From NCBI GenBank assembly GCA_963737905.1, contig CAVTUQ010000014.1:1-64000 (forward strand): 64,000 nt of DNA. Direction: 5' to 3'. Below are positions 30,658 to 40,468 of the stretch, in pieces; within the stretch, counting starts at the first letter, position 1, and each line of letters opens with the position of its first letter. The position numbers were made by a program, and so were the translations under genes. A model generated the notes under the pieces. The model worked only from the letters and a program-made list of their open reading frames with translations, had not been told where the DNA came from and did no database searches. Source of the stretch: an uncultured delta proteobacterium. GTDB lineage: Bacteria; Desulfobacterota; Binatia; UBA9968.

Positions 30658-31971
30658 TTATACAATACCCGCCGCAGCGAGCGCAGCCCAGGCTGTATGT
30701 GGATGAATAATATCACTGTGCGCGCCTGAGGGAGGGTCACCTTTTACTATCACCTGGTTCCCGTCCAGATTCAGCCATTTCCCTGCCTCAAAAGCGTACG
30801 CAGTTCCGGGCCTCCCCAGAGACGTTGACTTTGCATTCACTGCCTGAGCGCCATCATGTCCCATAGCTCCCCAGCGAAATGTGATGTCTTCTTCTTTCGC
30901 AGCGTCTTGTCGAGCAACAATCGATGCGAGCGGGTAGGAAGATCCAACCGCGAGATCCTTGAGCGAATGCGTTGTTAGCAAGGGTCCATCTACTCCCACT
31001 GCCATCCCCGCGAGGTCTCCTTTTCTCGTGGTGTCGAAAGGTAGCTTATCCGCGAAAGTGAAATGCGAGAATGCGCCCTGCAGTAAAAAGAGCGACTTGA
31101 CTGGTGACTTATCGCCGCCGGCTGGGCGGGGCAACCCGGCCAAGGCATAGGACACGAGTCGCGCCCCAAAGGAGTGACCGAGCAGATGAATCCGCAATCC
31201 CGGTATCTTCTCATGCAACTGGTTAATCAAAGGCCCAAGGCCGACCTTGCCCACGACACCGGCACGGTCCTTCATTTGCCAATACGTCGCCAAGCGCAAA
31301 GCACCCTTGGCTCCGTCCCATAAACGGCCGAAAACGTCGCCCAATCCGGCCGCGCCGCCGGACGAACCTTCGGCGGCTTCTTGATCCGCAAGCGCTTCGA
31401 AGATCTCACGCCATTTCCCATCCTCCGCTTCCAAGCCCCGTTTTTCGAGGTTATCCGAAGAAGACGTACCCGCCGATGAACCGCCAACCAACCGGCTAAG
31501 TTTACTCTTGAAATCCTTCAGAGATTGCTCGTTGGGTTTCCTCTGAGCGAGAAGGCTCAGCAGCTCTGCAAGAATTTTCTGCTGTGCCGGGGTGCGGAAG
31601 ACCTTTTTGAGCTCCTTCGCGAGATCGCCAGACATTCCCCCAGCGCCAAGGCCCGCCGCACCGCCAGTTGAGGCTTCGTCGGGCCATAGAATCGATGGCC
31701 AGATGACACCTGCCCCGACGATCTTCGCCGAACGTCGCTTGGTGAATGCCGGATTGTCGATCAACTTTCGCATCTCGCCAAAGAAGCCCTGATATAAGGT
31801 TCTCGCCGTCTTGGCATCGTTGTTCCAGCCATGTGAGAAGATAAACAAATCATCCGGTTTCGCGGCTTCTATTTCGGTAAGGGACTTTCCGATTGCCGCC
31901 TTATCCTCTGGGGAACCCTCTTCGGTAAACCGTAACTCCCAAAAAGAAAACCCAGCTAATTGTTCTGCCAT
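30658..31971 (-). CDS. Alpha/beta hydrolase (DUF900-like) with an internal helical insertion
   Basis: FSHGWNN oxyanion motif, IWPS, GHSFGARL nucleophile elbow, HSLKDLAV, GAHSDI; GGAGG RBS before ATG 31971. Confidence 0.82.
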   Translation of the reverse strand: MAEQLAGFSFWELRFTEEGSPEDKAAIGKSLTEIEAAKPDDLFIFSHGWNNDAKTARTLYQGFFGEMRKLIDNPAFTKRRSAKIVGAGVIWPSILWPDEASTGGAAGLGAGGMSGDLAKELKKVFRTPAQQKILAELLSLLAQRKPNEQSLKDFKSKLSRLVGGSSAGTSSSDNLEKRGLEAEDGKWREIFEALADQEAAEGSSGGAAGLGDVFGRLWDGAKGALRLATYWQMKDRAGVVGKVGLGPLINQLHEKIPGLRIHLLGHSFGARLVSYALAGLPRPAGGDKSPVKSLFLLQGAFSHFTFADKLPFDTTRKGDLAGMAVGVDGPLLTTHSLKDLAVGSSYPLASIVARQDAAKEEDITFRWGAMGHDGAQAVNAKSTSLGRPGTAYAFEAGKWLNLDGNQVIVKGDPPSGAHSDIIHPHTAWAALAAAGIV

Positions 31972-32016
31972 AGTTCCTCCTTCCCATGACACTCAGGTTG
32001 AACAGTCATGGGCGCG

Positions 32017-33613
32017 TTAGACCGACTGTATAGCGCGCATCAGATCCACCAGACCATGTCCTTCAAAGTAGCGCTCACGCCCAAGCGGGGTAGCGCTTTC
32101 GAGAAAGATTCGTTTTACTTCCTCCGGCCGCTGGATAAATTCCCGGCGGATTGACAGAAATGCCGCGATGGCTCCCGACACGTGAGGAGCCGCCATGCTC
32201 GTGCCGGAATCGTCTATATAAGCAGCGACTCCGTCTTCTATTTCGCCTCCGTGACTGACAAGCTTCTTCCCTGCCGCGCACGAAGTGATGCGCTCCCCTG
32301 GAGCAACGAGGTCTGGTTTCAGTCTGCCATCCCCTGTGGGTCCCTTGGAGGAAAAATACGAGACACCGTAGAGGTGTGGAGAATCCCGATGGGTCGCACC
32401 GACAGTAATGGCCAGTGAAGAATTGCCGGGATCATTGATAGTATTGGCCAGGCCGACCTTGGTCTGCCGCTGTTGGCTATTGAGTCGACCATAACCGGTA
32501 TTCCCGGCAGCCACGACCACAATCACTCCGCTTTTAACAAGGCGATCCACCTCGACGCACAAAGGACTTTGCCCGCAAGCGAACATTTCGGCATCGAACT
32601 CATAGCCAAGACTGAGGTTGACTCCATGCACCCGTAAGAGCTTCGGGTCGGCGTTGAGATCTCTACGTATATACTCTAACGCTCGCATGATGTTGCTGGT
32701 ACGTCCCTCTCCGCCGTCATCGAGGACTTTCAAACTGACTAACTTACACCGCGGCGCCACACCTTGAAGCTTCTCTGGATTCGTGACCGTGCGCCGCTGA
32801 ATCTTGTGTTCTTTGTTCTCGCTGGTCGGATCCGATACATACACGTTCTCGTACACGCGAAAAGCTTTATCTTTCAAACCCTTCGACAAACCACCGGCTA
32901 TGATGCCGGCAACGTGCGTACCGTGGCCGTAACCGTCGGTGAGAGCGCTCTTGATTGGCGCGGGTTCGCTAGGCTTATCGCCTGTGAAGTCTCGGTGCAG
33001 TTCAGCCACGTCAGGGTGAAAGAGAAGATGCTTCTTCGGTTCCGCGGGGTTTCCAAAATGAATATGCCTGGCGGCAATGCCGGAATCGATCACCGCCCAC
33101 ACAATGCCATCGCCAGTGGCCTCATAAGACCGAACTGCCGCATCCCCTTTGATGGTTCCGACGGACCGGTCAATAAGTGGTGACAAAGGGAAATCGGGCC
33201 AGATGCGGTAGATCAGGCGGTCGCGGAGTTCCTTCGCCTGTTCTTCATCGGCCTTGACGAGTTCGCGCCACTCCTGAACACACAGCTTGCAGCGATAATA
33301 GGTTTGTGTGATACGAACCGGCGGACGCTCTTTAGCAGCCGTTCCAATCTTCTTTTTATAAAAGTCTTCAAACTTCTTGGCCGCTACTTCTACACCTCCT
33401 TTGTAGAGGAGGTTAAGCTCCACCATATAAGGTCCCGGCTCGAACTCGCTTGTTGGCAGATCCCATTCCGCGCGGCGCTTCGGATCCTGCAGGGCAGGAG
33501 CAACTGTCGCGCGACCCAAAGGGGGGAATGGCGGCTCGGGCTTCTTTGTTGGCTCGGGATTATTTAGTGACTTTGTTTTCCCGCTTCTTTCTCGGAGGTT
33601 CTGACTCAGCCAT
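32017..33613 (-). CDS. S8 subtilisin-like serine protease, no signal peptide (probable frameshift near 33580)
   Basis: Catalytic triad VIDSG, HGTHVAG, GTSMAAPHV; oxyanion AAGN; the ATG at 33613 with an RBS is out of frame with the long ORF. Confidence 0.92.
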
Positions 33614-33665
33614 AGAATTCTCTCCCCTGAACGGAGATCACGATGAGGGACAAAGCAGCAATCAA

Positions 33666-33695
33666 TTAATAATCTCATCTTGTCTGTACTGTCAA
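33666..33695 (-). promoter_or_regulatory. Putative sigma70 promoter for the subtilase-hydrolase cassette
   Basis: Minus strand TTGACA-N18-TATTAA about 50 bp upstream of ATG 33613. Confidence 0.45.
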
Positions 33696-33721
33696 TAAAA
33701 AGACGGTCCCGATCGGTTGAA

Positions 33722-35293
33722 CTATTCCTTCACCTGATACTTCCCTTCCCCATCTTGATTAATCTTCCCCTCCTGATGCAGCTTTCCAACCGCCGTCGCG
33801 ATTGTGCGATAGCCGGATTTCGGAAAGAACGCTAGAAGATCCGGGAAGAACAAGTGCGACTTTGCGAGTGCAGCGAGGATCTTTTCAGCCATAACATCGA
33901 CTGTTTGATCTGGCTTCCCATGATTGGCTGTTTTCAGCGCCTGGTCACCATCGCCGAGATGGTTTTTCAGCTCAACCTTACCCTGATTAAAATAAACGAT
34001 CCGGTTGTAGCGATTGCGTGACACGTTTTCCGGGATAGTCGCGTCGATGCCCATCTTCGCCGTGGTCGGGATTTTACCGGTGGTGGGTGGCGACAGCGAA
34101 GGATCTAACGGTTTAGCCCGAGCATTGGAAACAATCAGCACGTCGCGATCCGCCTGCACCCGCGTGGCCACGGCCCATTCGACGTCCGTCGGATCGAAGA
34201 TGTCGATATCATCATCGACGATCGTCACATGTTTGATGTCGGCAATCGAAAGCAGCGCCATGATCGCATTCTTGCCGTCGCCGGGTTGTTTCTTGATCGA
34301 CGCGACGATATGCCAGTGGCAGCAGCCGCCCGGGGTGACATTGATCGCCGTCGCCTGGACGCCGGCCTCGTGCAAAACACGCCACGCCGCCGCTTCGTAG
34401 ATCGGCGCGCTCATCCAGATATTTTCCCAGGGCATATGGAGCGCATAGTAGATGGGATCTTTGCGATGCATGATCGCTTTGATCCGCACGTGGGGATTCA
34501 TGTGGATCCCGCCCATCAGGCGATTGAACTCGCAGAACGGTCCTTCGGGATGCACCCAACCTTCGGGTAGAATCTCCCCTTCCAGAACGATTTCGGCGTC
34601 AGCGATACAGGGAATGGGAATCGTTTCGCCGTCGGCCAAGCCAAGCGGTTGGCCACGCATACCGCCGGCGAACGTCAGCTCATTCACTCCCAGGTTCGCT
34701 TTAAATGTCGAGACGACCAACTCGTAGGGATGAGTGCCGATGGAGATGGAAATCGGCAGCGGCTTTTTGCGCTGCAAGGCCCGCTCGGCAAACCTTCGCA
34801 GGTTGTTGGGCGTAACGATATCAATGCCCGTAATATTTCTTTCCTTAAGCATCAATCGGTACATACCGGCGTTCATGCCGAACTCCGGATCTTCTGCGAT
34901 TACGACTCCCGCCGTAATCATCGGCCCGCCGTCCATCACGGAAAATATCGGAACCGGCAGCTCGTAGAGATCGACTTTGTTCTTGGTGAGAATCACCTCT
35001 TTCACAGGTGCTTTTGTAATCCGCTTGGGCTTTACCGGATGATCCATCGCAGTGCGTAACTTCGCCTCGATCTTTTCGTACGGTGCATCCATTCCCAAAG
35101 CGAGGCGACTACGCGATTGGAGCAAACCCGACGCCACCGGCATGGAGTAGCCGCGCACGTTGGTAAACAGCAACGCTTTATCCGACTGCGGTACCAGCGC
35201 GGCGACATCGCGCAGATCCGTGGCCTTGGAAATAACGGTGAGCTCGTCGTTTTTTTTTAGCGCGTCGAGATAGCTTCTAAAATTAGCAGCCAT
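33722..35293 (-). CDS. UbiD family prFMN-dependent (de)carboxylase with C-terminal extension
   Basis: DGGPMIT, NAGMYRL, AEIVLEG, EGPFCEF, VDDDIDIFD, WAVATR, KMGIDAT. Confidence 0.9.
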   Translation of the reverse strand: MAANFRSYLDALKKNDELTVISKATDLRDVAALVPQSDKALLFTNVRGYSMPVASGLLQSRSRLALGMDAPYEKIEAKLRTAMDHPVKPKRITKAPVKEVILTKNKVDLYELPVPIFSVMDGGPMITAGVVIAEDPEFGMNAGMYRLMLKERNITGIDIVTPNNLRRFAERALQRKKPLPISISIGTHPYELVVSTFKANLGVNELTFAGGMRGQPLGLADGETIPIPCIADAEIVLEGEILPEGWVHPEGPFCEFNRLMGGIHMNPHVRIKAIMHRKDPIYYALHMPWENIWMSAPIYEAAAWRVLHEAGVQATAINVTPGGCCHWHIVASIKKQPGDGKNAIMALLSIADIKHVTIVDDDIDIFDPTDVEWAVATRVQADRDVLIVSNARAKPLDPSLSPPTTGKIPTTAKMGIDATIPENVSRNRYNRIVYFNQGKVELKNHLGDGDQALKTANHGKPDQTVDVMAEKILAALAKSHLFFPDLLAFFPKSGYRTIATAVGKLHQEGKINQDGEGKYQVKE

Positions 35294-35377
35294 TCTTTCC
35301 TCCTCTCGAAATAGAAGGCATAAACCAACCATGGATGAAAATAGGTGTCAATCAAAGCAGCGCGAATCATTTTGCGG

Positions 35378-35405
35378 GAGATCCTTCACTTTGTTCAGGA
35401 TGACA
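35378..35405. repeat. REP-like element (GAGATCCTTCAC...CAGGATGACA type)
   Basis: Internal hairpin ending in GATGACA; related ends at 15297-15308 and 56752-56762. Confidence 0.5.
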
Positions 35406-35496
35406 GATCAGTCCAATGTCACCATTACATCCTTCCTTCGCAGTTTCGCATCACGCGACGCGTGTGCTATAGAAACGCCGAGGGAGTGACTCGATC

Positions 35497-36495
35497 ATGG
35501 GAACATTCGGACTGACACTCGCTAATCGCGGCGTGATCATCGGGGCTGTGACGGTTCCTGAGCTTTTCGATATGGCCAAGCGCGGTGAAGACTCGGGCGC
35601 GTTCGATGCGGTTTGGGTCGGCGATAGTTTGCTTGCAAAGCCACGACTGGAATCCATCGCGCTTTTATCGGCGCTTGCGGTCGTAACCAAGAAGGTCCGC
35701 CTCGCCGTCGGCTGCATGGCCACCTTCCCACATCGGCACCCGGCCTTATTGGCCCAGCAGTGGGCGAGCTTGGACGTCATCTCCGGCGGTCGCGCGTGGC
35801 TTGCGGTCTGTTTGGGCGGGCCCAACGAGCAGAGTCCCGCTCAAGCGCTCGAGCACAAGGTCATGGGCATCAAGGACACCGAGCGGGTCGCCCGGCTCGA
35901 AGAAGGAATCACCATCCTCCGCAAGCTCTTCCACGAAGAAAAAGCATCGCATAAAGGCCGTTTTTATGAATTCGATGGCGTCACGATTCAACCCCGTCCC
36001 GTCCAAAATCCCATGCCCATCTGGATCGCCAGCAATCCAACGGGACTGACGTGGAAGGACGGCGCCAGCGCTCCCAGTCCCGCCGTCGAACGCGGGCTGC
36101 GCCGGGTCGCGCGCTTTGCCGACGGCTGGATGACCAACAAGGTTACCCCGGCGGAGTTCAAGTCTCAGTGGACACGCATTCTCGCAATGGCCAAAGAAGA
36201 AGGCCGCGACCCGTCGAAGATCGGCAGCGCCCTGTACCACAACATCACCATCAACGCAGACCGTAAAGCGGCTCTGGACGAGAGCAAGGCATTCCTCGAT
36301 AAATACTACACCTCCAATTTCAGCATGAAGTTCGTCGAGGGTTTCACTACCGCGGGAAGCCCAAAACAGTGCATCGAGGAACTGAAGGCCTATTTTGCTG
36401 CGGGCATCGAGCACATCACCCTACGCATGACCTCCTGGGATCAGACCGGGCAGCTGAAACGTTTTCTTGAGGAAGTCGCCCCGGCTTTCAGATAA
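35497..36495 (+). CDS. LLM class flavin-dependent oxidoreductase
   Basis: FDAVWVGDS, LDVISGGR, PRPVQNPMPIWIA, ARFADGW. Confidence 0.9.
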   Translation: MGTFGLTLANRGVIIGAVTVPELFDMAKRGEDSGAFDAVWVGDSLLAKPRLESIALLSALAVVTKKVRLAVGCMATFPHRHPALLAQQWASLDVISGGRAWLAVCLGGPNEQSPAQALEHKVMGIKDTERVARLEEGITILRKLFHEEKASHKGRFYEFDGVTIQPRPVQNPMPIWIASNPTGLTWKDGASAPSPAVERGLRRVARFADGWMTNKVTPAEFKSQWTRILAMAKEEGRDPSKIGSALYHNITINADRKAALDESKAFLDKYYTSNFSMKFVEGFTTAGSPKQCIEELKAYFAAGIEHITLRMTSWDQTGQLKRFLEEVAPAFR

Positions 36496-36514
36496 ATCGG
36501 ATTGTTAAGGTCTT

Positions 36515-37285
36515 ATGCTTCAAGGGATCGATCACATCGTTATCGTCGTCAATGATCTGGAGCAGGCAGCCAAAGATTATGAGCAGCTCGGCTTCACCGT
36601 CGTTCCCGGTGGCAAGCATCCGGTGGGGAGCCACAATGTCCTTATCTCTCTAGCCGACGGCTCTTACATCGAAATCATCGCCTTCTACCGCGAGGCCATC
36701 GACCACCGCTGGTGGGACCCCCTACAAAAGGGCGAACGCTTGGTCGATTTCTGCATGCAAACGAACGATCTCCGAGGCGATACGCTGAAGCTTCGCGCTG
36801 CCGGCGTCGCAATCAACGATCCTGTTCCATGGTCAAGGACCCGTCCGGATGGCTACGAGCTCAAATGGCTCCTATCCTTGGCTCAGGGAAGTCATCGCGG
36901 AGTCGCGCCGTTTCTGATTCAGGACGTAACGCCGAGAGAAGAGAGAATTCCACAGACGTTCGATCACAAGAACGGCGCAACCGGCATCGGAACCATGACA
37001 GTTGCGGTGGGAGAGCTCACGGCGGTCCGGCAGTGGTATGATGCAGTCTTGGGTTCCCCAGGAATGAACATCACCAACGAAACCCTACAGGCTAAGGGCG
37101 TGCGTTACCCAATCGGGTCGCACATCCTCGATTTTCTGATGCCTCTGGATCCTCAAAGCCCTCTCATCAATTGGTTGAGAACTTTTGGCCCTTCTACTTA
37201 TGCAGCCACCCTTCGCAGCAGCTCATCCGGCACCAGCGCATTTGATCACAAGCTCACCCATGGGGCTAATCTATGTTTCGTGTAA
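36515..37285 (+). CDS. VOC family protein (Glyoxalase_3)
   Basis: IDHIVIVVNDL, GGKHPVGSHN, YIEII, RTRPDG, PFLIQD. Confidence 0.88.
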   Translation: MLQGIDHIVIVVNDLEQAAKDYEQLGFTVVPGGKHPVGSHNVLISLADGSYIEIIAFYREAIDHRWWDPLQKGERLVDFCMQTNDLRGDTLKLRAAGVAINDPVPWSRTRPDGYELKWLLSLAQGSHRGVAPFLIQDVTPREERIPQTFDHKNGATGIGTMTVAVGELTAVRQWYDAVLGSPGMNITNETLQAKGVRYPIGSHILDFLMPLDPQSPLINWLRTFGPSTYAATLRSSSSGTSAFDHKLTHGANLCFV

Positions 37286-37412
37286 TCGATGAGATGTTCC
37301 AGTTAACCATCTGTTCCTACGTGACTTTGTCGGCGACTTAACGGATCTGAACCGCGCCGATAAACAATCCACGAGTGTTCATCGTCTAATGCAGCGAAGG
37401 AGCAAAACGACA

Positions 37413-39126
37413 TCACCAACCGATAGCGTAGCCGTCACGCCGCGGATCCGCGGCACCGAAAAGCGCGCCGCTTTCAGGATCAATCTGGATCATCATCTCA
37501 CTGCCCGTCGCTTCCCAATCGCCGATGATATTGAGCGCATGGCCGCGACGCGCCAAGCCGTCCCGAGTGTTTTCGGAAAAGCGGCCTTCAAGGATTAATT
37601 CGTCCTGGCAAGTATGAGGTACGGTAGACTCGGTGGGATTTTGCGTATGACGCCAGCGCGAAGCCTCGACGGCTTCCGCCACCGTCATGCCAAAGTCCAA
37701 CACGTGGGTGATGACCTGCAGGTTGGTCTGCACCTGGGTATCCGCTCCGGGCGTGCCGCAAACCAGGGTCAAACGCCGCTTTCCGTTTTCTTGCCTGAAC
37801 ACCATGACCGGGTTCATGGTATGGCGCACCCGCTTTCCGGGTTGCAGACAGTCGGGGTGGTCCGCGTCCAGATGCCAGTAGGTCATCCGGTTATTCAGCA
37901 GAATACCGGTATCGCCCGCGATGAGACTCGATCCGAACGGGCTTTGCAGGCTTTGTAATTGGCACACCGCATTGCCCCACCGATCGACGACTGCGAAACA
38001 AGTTGTATCCCCTTTGGTTTCGCTCTGCAGTCGAGAACGTGCTAGGCGTAGAACCTTTTCTGCGATCCTTCTGATGTTGCCACGGATCGCCCGGTTGCAC
38101 GCTTGTTGCCGCGCGGTCGGGATGAATGAGTTTTACTCGCTCCTTGGCATACTCCTTGGAAATCAATCCCTCCGTGGGAACGTCTACGAAGTCGGGATCG
38201 GCGAGAAAAGCTTCGCGATCCATGAAGGCTAGCTTCTTAGCTTCAACCATCCCGTGGATGCTCTCAGCGGTATTACAGCCAAGAGATTTTAAATCGAAAT
38301 GCTCGACCAAATTCAGTTCCTGCAGCAGCACGTGACCGCTCGAATTGGGTGGCGCTTCATAGATGGTATAGCCGCGATAGCTCGTGCAAATGGGCTCGTC
38401 CCAGCGGCTCCGACATTGGGTAAGATCGGCTTCCGACAACAAACCGCCCTGTGCTTCGCTGAAACTCACCAAAGCATGGGCGATTTCTCCACGATAAAAA
38501 GCGTCAGCGCCGCCATCGACTATTGCCTGAAAAGTTCGGCTGAGGTCTCTCTGGTAGAGAATTTCCCCGGGCTGCAGCGGCCGCCCGTCACGGCTAAAGA
38601 CCGCTTGCGATGTCGGAAACTCACAGATGAGCGGATCCGCTGCAATCGCTCGGGCCAATACATGGCTGGTCGGAAAGCCGTTGGCCGCAAGATCCATGGC
38701 CGGGGCAAGAACCTCGGCAATCGAGAGACTGCCAAATTTCTTGTGGGCGGAAAGCCAACCGTCCACCAATCCCGGCACGGAGACCGATAAAATACCCTTC
38801 ATCGGTATTCCCGCGTGCAAAAAACGCTCGCGGGTAGCTGCGGCGGGGGCGGCTCCCGTGGCGCTGACTACACTCAAACGATCGTCGTTTTTCCAATAGA
38901 TCATCAAGTAGCCGTCGCCCCCGATACCCGACATTAAAGGTTCGACGACGTTGAGGGCGGCGGCCGTGGCGATGGCGGCATCGACGGCATTGCCACCTTT
39001 TTGCAGCATGGTGATGCCCGCCTGGGAAGCCAGGGGATGGCCCGCACAGACCATTCCGTTGCGACCCATGACCACGGGGCGATGGGCTTCAAAGGTAATG
39101 CCGTGCGGAGCGTGAGCCGTGGCCAT
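37413..39126 (-). CDS. ggt: Gamma-glutamyltransferase family Ntn hydrolase, frameshifted near 38025
   Basis: GGNAVDAAIA, SGIGGD, PPNSSG; the second frame carries the nucleophile DTTCFAVVD, LNNRM, PGKRVRHTM, GTPGAD, GAADPRR. Confidence 0.88.
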
Positions 39127-39147
39127 AGGCGAACCGTGGAAGCCTTC

Positions 39148-40335
39148 TTAACGATGGAGCGCGAGAAAGGTAAAAACCTTCGCGGCGTCGAAGACCTGGT
39201 TCACGGAAACCAGATCGTGATCGGTGTGCTGGAAGCGAATATCCCGCGAACCGTAGTTGATCGCTTGAATCCCGCGAAAGTTGAAAAGGCCGGTATCGTT
39301 AGCCGCGGTGGAGAAGCTATACGCGGGTTGCCGACCGAGCACCGTGCGAATGCCGTGCTCTAGGGCTTGCACGACTTCCGCGTTCTTACTGACTTCACTG
39401 GGATACATGAAATCCCTCGGCTGAATCTCAATTTCGAACGGCTCTATTTTTCCGATGGTATCGCGGATCTGCTGGATCGCTTTTTTCGGATCGTCTCCCG
39501 GGAGAAGCCGGCGATCAAACGTGATTCGGCATTCGCTCTGGATCGTGTGTGTGGCCTTGGGAAAGCTTTCGATAGCATTGGATGTCAAACTAACTTTACC
39601 AAGCTCAGGATGGGTTTTTTCCTCCGGGTAGGGCATCAAGGGTTTCAATCTTTCGAGGACTTTCATCGCGCCCTCAATGGCATTGACTCCTTCCCACGGC
39701 CGGCTGCTGTGCGCTTGCTTGCCGCGCACGATCACCAGCACGTCGATACGTCCTTTGTTGCCCAGCTGGATTTCCGGTGGACCGTCAATGACGCACCAAT
39801 CGGCTTCTACCTTGCCGTGATCGAGTACATAGGCCAGCGAATCGTGCCGCCCGGTCTCACCCGCAGTGCTGACAACAAAGTAAAGATCAGCCGGTAGTTC
39901 GACCTTATGGGCCCCGATGAATCGCATAGCCGCCATCATCGCGGCCAAGCTGCCCTTTTGCTCGCAGGCGCCGCGGCCCCAGACACACTCGCCCTCCAGT
40001 TTGTAGGGTGAACCGTCAACAATCTCGCCGGAGTAGGGATTCCGCATCGTGCTTGGCGCCGCATTCATCGCGTAGCCCACAAGCATGAGCCGATCACCGC
40101 GCCCTCGACTATTGAGACGAAGGATTAGATTGCCTTTGTCATCAATAGACGGATGGAGTCCGGACTGCTCGAGCTCGGGTTTGATCACGTCACGGATCAA
40201 GCCAAGTACTTGTGGTTCGGCTTCCAGCAACTCCGTCTGCGGACTTGCATATTGGACTAGCCTGACGATGAGCCGCTTGACCTCTCCGTAGTCGAGATTC
40301 TTGTCGATGATTTTTTTTGCGCTCTCCGCTTCCAT
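39148..40335 (-). CDS. M20 family (ArgE/DapE-like) hydrolase with atypical metal ligands
   Basis: WGRGACEQKG, GKQAHSSRPWEGVNAI, FDRRLLPG, QHTDHD; the canonical GHxD is replaced by GYAM. Confidence 0.78.
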   Translation of the reverse strand: MEAESAKKIIDKNLDYGEVKRLIVRLVQYASPQTELLEAEPQVLGLIRDVIKPELEQSGLHPSIDDKGNLILRLNSRGRGDRLMLVGYAMNAAPSTMRNPYSGEIVDGSPYKLEGECVWGRGACEQKGSLAAMMAAMRFIGAHKVELPADLYFVVSTAGETGRHDSLAYVLDHGKVEADWCVIDGPPEIQLGNKGRIDVLVIVRGKQAHSSRPWEGVNAIEGAMKVLERLKPLMPYPEEKTHPELGKVSLTSNAIESFPKATHTIQSECRITFDRRLLPGDDPKKAIQQIRDTIGKIEPFEIEIQPRDFMYPSEVSKNAEVVQALEHGIRTVLGRQPAYSFSTAANDTGLFNFRGIQAINYGSRDIRFQHTDHDLVSVNQVFDAAKVFTFLALHR

Positions 40336-40355
40336 CTTCGTAACTCAAAAACGAT

Positions 40356-40430
40356 GTTCAAGGTTCAATGTTCCAGGTTCAACGTTTCAATTCGTTTCGG
40401 ACTTTGAACATTGAACTTTGAACCTTGAAC
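40356..40430. repeat. GTTCAA/TTGAAC tandem-oligomer hairpin (copy 3)
   Basis: GTTCAAG-GTTCAAT-GTTCCAG-GTTCAAC ... TTGAAC x4. Confidence 0.85.
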
Positions 40431-40468
40431 TCAAAAGCAGTTTTTCCTTGGAGCACGAATAATCTAGA

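Noticed and set aside
37990-38040. GGT frameshift just before the catalytic Thr, suggesting naturally split subunits or programmed frameshifting
   Set aside because: There is no start codon or RBS before DTTCF, and indels are common throughout the window, so error is more parsimonious.
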